IMG/VR virus record: IMGVR_UViG_3300033141_001125
Location: 671-64,670 of that record
From: a virus
Lineage: Duplodnaviria > Caudoviricetes
Reading direction: 5' to 3' (one strand)
Length of the DNA stretch: 64,000 nucleotides
Shown piece after piece: positions 56,428-64,000 of the stretch (within the stretch, counting starts at the first letter, position 1; each line of letters starts with the position of its first letter). The notes under the pieces are model-generated. The model searched no databases and was not told the DNA's origin. It saw only the letters and a list, made by a program, of their open reading frames with translations. The translations under genes and the position numbers were made by a program.

Positions 56428-57525
56428 CTAGTTAATGTCGCTCCAAGTCCCAATTTCTTGCATTGGGAACCAGTCAATGCCATCCAGAGCATACAGACAA
56501 ACACTATCACCAACTGATGCGGCATTTTGCAACCTATCGCCAGCAGCATTAGTTAGATGGTAGATTAGGTCACTGCCATCAGGGGCAATCGTCACGGTGT
56601 AAGCCGCGTATACCCCGAAGCAATACCCAAGTCCAGCAGTAGCAGATGGTAGAGTGAAGGTAATTTCAGCAGTTGCGCCCTTGTTGCTTGCCAGTGCGCC
56701 ACTATTACCAGTAGTTAGAGTGTAGCTGGCTGTCTTTTCAAGTGTTGGATAGCGCAGGTATACATCCATTAAAAAGTGACTTGCTGATTGTGTAAAACTG
56801 ATTGAATCCTGACCAGCTATCTCGAAGTCAATTTGATCATCCGTATCAGCCGTGATACTGGTATCATTATCAGCGTCCAAGTCAATCTTATATCCACTCA
56901 CATCAAGTTCATTTGCAAGCGTGGTTACGCCAGTAATATAAACTGCGTCTGTGATCGTGACCGCGCCAGTACCACTTTTGATATTCCCGGAACCATCAAC
57001 TTCAAGTAGATTTGTGCCGGTATAATTCTCAAGCACAAGCAGGTCGCTTGTTTGTGTGGTATACCCTTGCACAGTAAGCTGTATTGCATCAGATCCGCCA
57101 TCAACAAACATTCTTGTTGCAGTCAATGCACCGAACACACTGAAATCTTCTCCGATTCCACCATCTTTGATTGTCAGGCCATCAATGGTTACACCACTGC
57201 CGCTGGTATATTCTGCAATCGTGTCGGTGCTGAAAGTTCCCCACACCTCAGAGTCTTGCTTGACGGTAGATCGGCCCGTAATTATCCATGAGAATGTTTG
57301 CTTGCCGCCACCCATTCCAAATGACATATCCGCAAAGTCACCAAGCTCATCATCTGTGATTGGAGTGACTTCAACTTCAACAATCTTTTCAACCTCAACG
57401 ATCTTCTCAACTTCAATGGTCTGCGGAGTAGGACACGGGCTTAAAGCTGGCCCAACTTCACACCCAACCATAAAAGCAATCACCAAGATAAAAAGCGCAA
57501 TTCGTTTAAGATTCTTCACTATCAT
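56428..57525 (-). CDS. structural-type protein with predicted lipoprotein signal peptide
   Basis: KNLKR + hydrophobic core + MVGC; VEKIVEVEKIVEV linker; 'ITFTLPSATAG' fibre-like C-terminal domain. Confidence 0.6.
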   Translation of the reverse strand: MIVKNLKRIALFILVIAFMVGCEVGPALSPCPTPQTIEVEKIVEVEKIVEVEVTPITDDELGDFADMSFGMGGGKQTFSWIITGRSTVKQDSEVWGTFSTDTIAEYTSGSGVTIDGLTIKDGGIGEDFSVFGALTATRMFVDGGSDAIQLTVQGYTTQTSDLLVLENYTGTNLLEVDGSGNIKSGTGAVTITDAVYITGVTTLANELDVSGYKIDLDADNDTSITADTDDQIDFEIAGQDSISFTQSASHFLMDVYLRYPTLEKTASYTLTTGNSGALASNKGATAEITFTLPSATAGLGYCFGVYAAYTVTIAPDGSDLIYHLTNAAGDRLQNAASVGDSVCLYALDGIDWFPMQEIGTWSDIN

Positions 57526-57682
57526 CCCCCTTTAGCTTGCGTTCTACACGCAAAACCGCAAGTTTTGTTTCGTGAAGCTCCTCTTGAAGTTCGGAAAGTA
57601 AAGATGCCATTTCTAGCATCTTTACTTTCATTTCTTCTTGGAATGCGCGCTGCCTTTTCATTACACTACGCTGAGTTGCCAT
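57506..57682 (-). CDS. 58-aa coiled-coil protein (not in ORF track)
   Basis: MATQRSVMKR...; fills the gap after the capsid gene. Confidence 0.55.
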   Translation of the reverse strand: MATQRSVMKRQRAFQEEMKVKMLEMASLLSELQEELHETKLAVLRVERKLKGDDSEES

Positions 57683-57693
57683 TATTCACCATC

Positions 57694-58773
57694 CTATTGA
57701 TAGGCAGTCGGGATTGTGTACGATCCGCCAGTACCCAATTCCATTACTGCGCCATTAAGACGATTGCCAACACCAAAACCCTGACGATTGCGCCAATAAC
57801 TCTTGAGCATTGGGTATTCGTCATCCTGACGTACCAGATTCAAACCACGCGGCAAGCCAGTCGATCCGGGATCAACGCGCTGCTTCAATGGTGCGGGAAC
57901 CTCAAAGTGAGTAGCTAGAATGTAGCCGGAAGGAATCCAAGCCCATTGTGCTACCCATACACCATCAGTGCGCCCAAGAATCCGCGCGGTATTTGGAGCA
58001 GGAGGAAGACGGCGCAAAGTTGCGGTTTGATCACCGGGTAAAACGGCAATGTCAGTTACCTCAACAAAGTTTGTCAAATCCTGAGTTTCTGCAGTTTCAT
58101 CAGTGTTGATCAAGGCAATAATATTCTCGCCACCAGTCTGTGTCCCAAAGTGCTCTTCAAGCTCGTCGCGCAGAGTCACATAAGGATTGTTAGTATCTGA
58201 GATTGCCGAAGCTGCATAGCCGCTTTCAAGATAGTGATCATCAGTTGCAAAGTCCTCACTGCCAAGCACTGGCGGATAAGTAACAGTATCGCCATTTGCT
58301 AAAGGCTGAATGGTCAAAGTGCCCCAGTCTGGATCAATGAACGTCTTTGCGGTATTGTCAAACAGGTGAAACAGAATTTCAAAACGCTCGGTATTGATGT
58401 TCTGGATGATAACGGTATCAATATGCCGCTGCAATTCCTCAGCAGTCATATAGGACATCGACACATCATCCATTGCCATACCTGCGGCAAAGTCTTCTAG
58501 CTTATAGCCAACGTCCCAACTCCCACGCCGCTTAACTACACCAGGAACCTCACCGCGCCCCACCTTCTGCAATCGCCCACTACCAGGAAGCTTGTAACGT
58601 TCCTTGTAGTTTTCGGTAACTTCTGAAACAAAAAGCCGCATCTGGCCTGCCATATCAGATTGAACACGTGCCACGTATTCAACAATAGAGGTATAAATGG
58701 CTTCCTGTCCAACAGTTGCATTAAACACATAATCGTGATCATTTACACCTAAATGCCCAAAAATTGTAGTCAT
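57694..58773 (-). CDS. major capsid protein
   Basis: 359 aa after scaffold and decoration genes; 'GFGVGNR..G' C-terminal pattern. Confidence 0.78.
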   Translation of the reverse strand: MTTIFGHLGVNDHDYVFNATVGQEAIYTSIVEYVARVQSDMAGQMRLFVSEVTENYKERYKLPGSGRLQKVGRGEVPGVVKRRGSWDVGYKLEDFAAGMAMDDVSMSYMTAEELQRHIDTVIIQNINTERFEILFHLFDNTAKTFIDPDWGTLTIQPLANGDTVTYPPVLGSEDFATDDHYLESGYAASAISDTNNPYVTLRDELEEHFGTQTGGENIIALINTDETAETQDLTNFVEVTDIAVLPGDQTATLRRLPPAPNTARILGRTDGVWVAQWAWIPSGYILATHFEVPAPLKQRVDPGSTGLPRGLNLVRQDDEYPMLKSYWRNRQGFGVGNRLNGAVMELGTGGSYTIPTAYQ

Positions 58774-58786
58774 CGCTTATTCTCCT

Positions 58787-59209
58787 TTAGGTATATTGAT
58801 CTTCCATCTGAGCGCCAATGAAGTATAAAACTTTTGTCTTATCCGCATCGGTCATTGCCCATACCCTTCCCATCGTAACGGGAACAGTACCAGCAGCATC
58901 GGCTAACGCGCCGGCTGTGTTGCTTAGATACAAACGCGCATCATAAGCCAACCCGCTCAACGTAAAGCCATGCACCAAACCCTGCTTCATAATAGTAACG
59001 GCCTGTCCTGCGCCGCCACCTTCCAGAGCTAATCCCCTTGCTTGCGCCGTGCCAGTTGCACTACCATCCCCCAAGTCCCAAGTCCCTGCGGTGGTAAGGT
59101 ATACAACTTGTCCAGCAGTTACAGTAGCCGCCAGCAAAGCGTGATAAACCTCATCTTTAGTAGGGTCTACACGCCCAATCGCTGCGGCAGTTAATGCAAT
59201 ATCTGACAT
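58787..59209 (-). CDS. capsid decoration / cement protein
   Basis: 'AATVTAGQVVY', 'YLSNTAGAL'. Confidence 0.7.
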   Translation of the reverse strand: MSDIALTAAAIGRVDPTKDEVYHALLAATVTAGQVVYLTTAGTWDLGDGSATGTAQARGLALEGGGAGQAVTIMKQGLVHGFTLSGLAYDARLYLSNTAGALADAAGTVPVTMGRVWAMTDADKTKVLYFIGAQMEDQYT

Positions 59210-59221
59210 TGTTTGTTCTCC

Positions 59222-59890
59222 TTAGAAGTGAAACTTCCTTAATTGATCTTGATAAACTTTCTCTTGATCTTGTCGCTTTGCGCTCCCGCCTGTTTGAGTA
59301 CCGTCTGCCCGTTTGGGCGTCCCCAAATTTGTTTGGGTATTGCGCATTGCTAACCGCCCACTTTTAGCAAGTTCTTGTAACTGCTCATCAAAGCCCGTTA
59401 CCTTGCCGTCATCATCAATTGCTAATGCTGATAAATTCACAAGTGCCATTGCATCTTGTGGGTGCTCAAATCCAAGTTCGCCAGCAGCCCTCTCGACCAC
59501 AAGCCCAATCTTGAATTCTTGAAACTGAGTCTCTAACTCAGCATATTTTGCTTCCCATTCCGCAACGGTCTCGCCGTGTTGAGTTTGCCATTTTTCAGCA
59601 TCGGCCTGAGCTTTTTCTAACTCGCTCATTGCTTCACGCTTGCGTGTTTCCTCTGCCTCTTCAAATTCCTTTAACTTTACACGCCTTTCCGCGCTCTCCG
59701 CATTCAACGCCTTGATTTGTTTCTGTGATTCTACAAGTTGTTTTTGCAAATCCGTAAGATTAACTTGCTCATCATCGCCCTTCAGTGTCTCACTTTCAGG
59801 CTTGGGTGCTTCTGGCTTCTCGCCAGTCTCTTTTGATTCTTCATTCTGTTCGCCCGTCTCAGGCTGTAAATCCTTATTTTCTTCTGGCAT
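59222..59890 (-). CDS. capsid scaffolding protein
   Basis: acidic coiled coil, 'NAESAERR', 'MSELEKAQ'. Confidence 0.8.
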   Translation of the reverse strand: MPEENKDLQPETGEQNEESKETGEKPEAPKPESETLKGDDEQVNLTDLQKQLVESQKQIKALNAESAERRVKLKEFEEAEETRKREAMSELEKAQADAEKWQTQHGETVAEWEAKYAELETQFQEFKIGLVVERAAGELGFEHPQDAMALVNLSALAIDDDGKVTGFDEQLQELAKSGRLAMRNTQTNLGTPKRADGTQTGGSAKRQDQEKVYQDQLRKFHF

Positions 59891-59933
59891 CTCGCCTCAT
59901 ACTCCCTTTTTTTGTCTTAGTCCATAAAACACG

Positions 59934-59971
59934 AAAACGCCAAGAAACCTATTTCTAGGTTCTTGGCGTTT
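59934..59971. promoter_or_regulatory. hairpin in scaffold leader (terminator/attenuator-like)
   Basis: AAACGCCAAGAA...TTCTTGGCGTTT. Confidence 0.5.
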
Positions 59972-60001
59972 CTTTGGAACTGCCTGTAAACTGCCTAAAT
60001 A

Positions 60002-60127
60002 TTATTTGCGGAGTGCTCTAAGTTCTTTTCTTAATGTGGATGTACGTTCAATCCCCAATTCAGTCTCGATTGCATCCACGATCATTAACAGAGCTTGCCT
60101 TATTGCCATCCACAATTTTTCATCCAT
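60002..60127 (-). CDS. 41-aa protein, apparently leaderless (not in ORF track)
   Basis: MDEKLWMAIRQALLMIVDAIE...; ATG 6 nt after the -10 of TTGACA-17-TATACT. Confidence 0.6.
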   Translation of the reverse strand: MDEKLWMAIRQALLMIVDAIETELGIERTSTLRKELRALRK

Positions 60128-60158
60128 ACAAATAGTATAGACGATAATTAAACAGATG

Positions 60159-60356
60159 TCAAGTAGTAAATATTTTCAATAGCTCTTTTTCCTCAGCCTC
60201 CTCGTATATTTTATAAAGTTTGTTGTACGTATCAACTCCTGCATCATCTAATTTAATGCCTCTTAAAACTAAATAATTACCAAAGCCTTCGCTAACATGG
60301 CGTTGCAGTCTATATTGTTTGTAGTAATGTAAAGCCAAACTTAATGAAATGCTCAT
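60159..60356 (-). CDS. hypothetical protein
   Basis: ATGA overlap. Confidence 0.5.
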   Translation of the reverse strand: MSISLSLALHYYKQYRLQRHVSEGFGNYLVLRGIKLDDAGVDTYNKLYKIYEEAEEKELLKIFTT

Positions 60357-60943
60357 GTTAAATAGTCTGGCTCTGCAAGCTGGATAAGCAATTCAGATAA
60401 AAACACGTGCCACTCTTGCAACTTGTGATCTCTCCGTTGTTGATAAATATTCCGTAATGTCTTGTAATTTGTGCAAACAACACGCCTTTGCAAAAAAGAT
60501 TCTGGTAACAAGCCTTTCGCAAGCGGAAGATCACCTTTTGCTATCTGCTCATTGAGTACATTCATAATTGCATCTGGAATAATCACACTAAAATTTTCTT
60601 GCGTAAGCGGTTTGTTCATAAGTGTATGCATCGTGCTTCCGCTTTGCTTGGTTACACCTACTCGATAAGTGTCGAATTGCTGCCACCAATAACGCGGAGC
60701 GGTAATGTCAAGCCATACTGAAATGCTCTCAAGAAACTTGTTTTCACCAATACCTTTTTTGCAAAGTTTAGACGCAACACCATCCATTTGTTGCATCTCT
60801 TTGCAATATGGGCTACACACACAATTGAGATCAAACTCATAAAAATTTATATCACTTGTTATGCCGTGACTCAGACCAAGCCCAAATAATGCAATATTAT
60901 GACCATGTTCATCTAATACTTTAACTTTCATCGCATCCTCCAC
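60353..60943 (-). CDS. ThyX/Thy1-like protein
   Basis: 'KFLESI.V..DITAPRYWWQQFDTYR...STMH...LLPESF...NY.TLRNI..QR..H.L.EW'. Confidence 0.6.
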   Translation of the reverse strand: MEDAMKVKVLDEHGHNIALFGLGLSHGITSDINFYEFDLNCVCSPYCKEMQQMDGVASKLCKKGIGENKFLESISVWLDITAPRYWWQQFDTYRVGVTKQSGSTMHTLMNKPLTQENFSVIIPDAIMNVLNEQIAKGDLPLAKGLLPESFLQRRVVCTNYKTLRNIYQQRRDHKLQEWHVFLSELLIQLAEPDYLT

Positions 60944-61482
60944 ACAACTCTATAAAAATTGCCATCAACAGCCGACTTGAAATCTGGATAAACAACGTCA
61001 AAACTAAATTTTTCTGTGTGGCAAATAACTGGATGTTTATCAAGTAACCATTCTGGAAACCATCGTTCTTTGAATGATTGCCACCAATCAAGAGGATATT
61101 TCACTGTTACAGTATCAACCTTCTCTCTAAAAACTTCACGTGTAAAATGAGCAGCAACATGACCGCCCATCATCATTTTTAGATCACGCAATTTTATATT
61201 CTCAAACATATCAAAATGATATATAAGATATTCTTGTATCTTCTCAAGGCTTACACAAGATATTTCTTCGTTGTCTAATGAACTTGGGTCTCCAAAGTTA
61301 ACAGGAAAACTTACTTCATATCGTTCGCGAACCTCTTTATCTAACTCTTGAACCACGTGCCATAAATAGTTTATGTCATCCACAAGCTCAAGCCTTTCTA
61401 TAATTTCTTTTAACGCTTGTGTTGGAACTAAACTTATATTTTTCATTTTTCCAATTTGATCAAAAAAAATATCAGGACTCAT
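60928..61482 (-). CDS. hypothetical protein
   Basis: 184-aa ORF with GGAGG RBS. Confidence 0.65.
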   Translation of the reverse strand: MSPDIFFDQIGKMKNISLVPTQALKEIIERLELVDDINYLWHVVQELDKEVRERYEVSFPVNFGDPSSLDNEEISCVSLEKIQEYLIYHFDMFENIKLRDLKMMMGGHVAAHFTREVFREKVDTVTVKYPLDWWQSFKERWFPEWLLDKHPVICHTEKFSFDVVYPDFKSAVDGNFYRVVWRMR

Positions 61483-61634
61483 TTTTCATATCCTCCAATG
61501 CTTTACTTGCAATGTCTGCATGCCATTCACCACACAAAGGATCAGATAGCTTTTTAAGTGCCTCATAAGCAATCAGTACCTTTTTCTGCAACCTGCGCAT
61601 GCGCAATCTATTAGTTATGATTGCGCGGATTATT

Positions 61635-61886
61635 TCAAGCATCATTATCACTTCTTAAAAATACTTCAATAAATTTATCAGCCTCTTCGCGATCACCATC
61701 CCGTTCTAATTCACTTAGATTATGATAAGCTGTACATGCCTGGCGCGCCCATCTGCGCGTTTTATTTGGCGGAATTGTAATTGACCCATCATCATTTAAT
61801 TCTGATTTAGAGTATAAATAATCCATCCATTTCGACCATTGTTCATGACACAATGCAGCAATTTCTTCTCTAATTTCATTATTCAT
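61635..61886 (-). CDS. hypothetical protein
   Basis: 'ALCHEQW..WM..L...Y..LSE.E...DR' phage-type motif. Confidence 0.6.
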   Translation of the reverse strand: MNNEIREEIAALCHEQWSKWMDYLYSKSELNDDGSITIPPNKTRRWARQACTAYHNLSELERDGDREEADKFIEVFLRSDNDA

Positions 61887-62091
61887 ATTTTAATTCTCCT
61901 GTAAGAACAAAATGATACTTTGTTACAACGCCTGACAATACTTTCAATCCGTGCATATCCACACCGGGATACACTGAGCTAAGAAAGATCGTTTTAGGCT
62001 CTGCTCCCATACGTTCTTTGTATCGCCTGATTGCTGATGGCAAATCCTTCTCAATATTCTTTGAGTGAAATAATAGGCCAATTTCGATCAT
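61879..62091 (-). CDS. hypothetical protein
   Basis: operon-packed. Confidence 0.5.
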   Translation of the reverse strand: MIEIGLLFHSKNIEKDLPSAIRRYKERMGAEPKTIFLSSVYPGVDMHGLKVLSGVVTKYHFVLTGELKYE

Positions 62092-62262
62092 ATTTCTTCA
62101 ACCTCAATGGCTTCAACACATATATCACCATCAACAAATCGCAAGGCTACAAGTTCTACTTTTTCTTTTGCGTCATCCTTGCAACTTGCCTCAACGTCAA
62201 ATTGTTCTATATGTGAGATTTTTACTTGCACTCTATATTTTTCGTTCTAGCAGTAGCGGTAT

Positions 62263-62586
62263 TCATTTATTTGTTTCCTCAGTGAATTTAAGTATCGTTA
62301 GTGCATCTATGCCAGTAAAACAAAAATTATCGAAGTCAAAACTAATAAGATATGGTTCGCCGTCAATGATCATTAGTGTTTTGTCATCTATCTCAAGATT
62401 TCCTAGCTGTTCATCGGGTATACTCAATAACCATCCATTTATTTCTCGCATAGCGCCGCGCTGTTCATCTTTTGCTTCTTCTGCCACAATCAGCGCCGAA
62501 ATAACATTACCACTTGCTATAATATGCTCTTTCATCAATCGTTCTAATTCGTTCATTTGTCTACCTCCACAAAGGCAACACAGCAC
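62263..62586 (-). CDS. hypothetical protein
   Basis: operon-packed. Confidence 0.55.
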   Translation of the reverse strand: MLCCLCGGRQMNELERLMKEHIIASGNVISALIVAEEAKDEQRGAMREINGWLLSIPDEQLGNLEIDDKTLMIIDGEPYLISFDFDNFCFTGIDALTILKFTEETNK

Positions 62587-62756
62587 TTAAAATCAGGCAC
62601 ACATTCATCAAAAATCAAATCATGACAGTTAACACCGATCCGCCACAAAAACCGTTGCGCTACTTTGGTGATCTTGTATAACCACCGTTGCCACCAGGGA
62701 CGGATGTGGTAATACAACACGCCGTCTTTCATAAGCGGCTTGCCGTATGTTTTCAT
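62553..62756 (-). CDS. hypothetical protein
   Basis: ATGA overlap. Confidence 0.5.
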   Translation of the reverse strand: MKTYGKPLMKDGVLYYHIRPWWQRWLYKITKVAQRFLWRIGVNCHDLIFDECVPDFKCCVAFVEVDK

Positions 62757-62959
62757 TTATCCACCTCAATTCGCAATATGCGTGGTTTGTTGCCATAACT
62801 TACACAGTATTTATTGTGCAACGCTTCTGCGTATCCAAGTTCTAGGCATGTGTTGGTCGCACGCTCATCGCGGATGACGAGCACCGCAAACACAACGAGC
62901 AGACACGTCAATAGCACCGAAAGTATAGCAATTTGAAAAGTCGATCTATCAATTTTCAT
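62753..62959 (-). CDS. small membrane protein
   Basis: one TM helix; ATGA overlap. Confidence 0.55.
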   Translation of the reverse strand: MKIDRSTFQIAILSVLLTCLLVVFAVLVIRDERATNTCLELGYAEALHNKYCVSYGNKPRILRIEVDK

Positions 62960-63435
62960 GAATCAATCTCCGATTGCAAGTGTTTAGCATCTTCCCATCG
63001 TTCGTAGGCTACTGCAAGGACTAGAGGGAGATCATTTAACAAATGTGCAGAGCTTTCATTCCGCACAACTTGTTTTTTACTATCGCCATCCACAACCATT
63101 GGCTTGCCTAGCAACTCAACTGGCATGCGGCTTAGCCAAACGCCATTTTCGCCATTCACATAACAAAAGCTAAGCAACAAAGAACCCTCCAACATAATAC
63201 GAGCAAAGTATTCGTATTCTGGAAAGCAAAGATCGCCATCTCGCAAATCTGGCATATCCCACATTTCCAACAACGCTTCTGGTAACGTAACGTAAACATA
63301 ATGAATCAGCTTGCCCCACGATGCCAGCTTGCCATAATGAGTACGCCTTATATTATCATTGATCTCTCGTGCGTGATTTTCGCGCAATTCATACAATGCG
63401 TCTTGTCCTTTCCGTAACAATTCATCAAATTCCAT
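62956..63435 (-). CDS. hypothetical protein
   Basis: AAGGAG RBS. Confidence 0.65.
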   Translation of the reverse strand: MEFDELLRKGQDALYELRENHAREINDNIRRTHYGKLASWGKLIHYVYVTLPEALLEMWDMPDLRDGDLCFPEYEYFARIMLEGSLLLSFCYVNGENGVWLSRMPVELLGKPMVVDGDSKKQVVRNESSAHLLNDLPLVLAVAYERWEDAKHLQSEIDS

Positions 63436-63462
63436 ATCTAACTCCTTTAGGGTTTATAAAAT

Positions 63463-63490
63463 AAAAAGCTGTGTATGTTACTACACAGCT
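63463..63490 (-). terminator. rho-independent terminator
   Basis: AGCTGTGTA/TACACAGCT stem + TTTT on the minus strand. Confidence 0.6.
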
Positions 63491-63518
63491 AATTATACTA
63501 TGAATTCAGATTGTGAGA

Positions 63519-63533
63519 TAGTGACAAATGTCA
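63519..63533. promoter_or_regulatory. third copy of operator GTGACAAATGTCA
   Basis: TAGTGACAAATGTCAC matches the centre of the divergent promoter at 15.06 kb. Confidence 0.6.
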
Positions 63534-64000
63534 CTTCTCTTTTTTGCGTTTAGCAAGCTCCGCCTTTGACGCTTCTACAATTGCATCTGTAATCCCAAAG
63601 TCAAAGCTCTCTAGGTACAAAGCGATACTTGTCCTACACCGATGATGAAACGGACTCCAAGACATTTTATTTGCAAAACGTGGAGTTCCAGTCAAAGTAA
63701 ATTTCTTCTTGAAATCACGTATTTGACCATTGACTTTCAAACAGCAGTCAGTTGTCACGTCATCCACAACGGCAATCGCCTGCTTTTGAAAGTCGGTTTT
63801 CTCTTTAGGCTCTCTATCACGTCCAACCCACCAAGTCAACAATGCCATACTTAATGCCGTTGCAATCCACTCCGCGCCGTTGACTGCTACTGGATTGGGC
63901 TGCAAGATTCCTAGCCGTGCCTCATCACCAATGATGCGCTGTTCATCATAAGCACCGGACGCAACCAAAGCACAGATGGCCTGTGCTTGCCGCTCAAACT
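63531..64000 (-). CDS. MuF/SPP1 gp7-like minor head protein, 5' end outside the window
   Basis: 'D..TT.CCL...GQ...PFHHRCRT' motif. Confidence 0.8.
   Translation of the reverse strand, partial: FERQAQAICALVASGAYDEQRIIGDEARLGILQPNPVAVNGAEWIATALSMALLTWWVGRDREPKEKTDFQKQAIAVVDDVTTDCCLKVNGQIRDFKKKFTLTGTPRFANKMSWSPFHHRCRTSIALYLESFDFGITDAIVEASKAELAKRKKEK

Overview
The window is most or nearly all of a tailed dsDNA phage genome (siphovirus-type: long tape measure, no sheath). It is circularly permuted: the packaging genes (terS, terL, portal; 0.5-6.8 kb) are followed, across the window edge, by the MuF-like head protein, scaffold, capsid and tail genes (40-64 kb), all on the minus strand. The middle holds lysis genes (holin, amidase), replication/recombination genes (split DnaG-type primase/SF3 helicase, RecT-like, ERCC4, two DNA methyltransferases) and two early islands driven by duplicated divergent promoters. 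I recognised no integrase and no DNA polymerase. An actin-like ParM, a ParR-like RHH protein and an FtsK/TraB-like ATPase suggest a phage-plasmid lifestyle. A free NrdD glycyl-radical domain points to an anaerobic host, possibly Chloroflexota (inference). The most unusual signals are: (1) a circularly permuted ParM whose phosphate-1 motif is at the extreme C-terminus; (2) a primase TOPRIM domain split in two by a C5 methyltransferase gene; (3) a ParB-like/radical-SAM/39-aa cationic peptide operon upstream of terS; (4) an AcrIII-1-like ring nuclease; (5) aberrant tRNA-like RNAs in a structured non-coding tract; (6) 110-bp structured repeats bounding early-gene cassettes. All family calls come from motif recognition by eye, not database searches.
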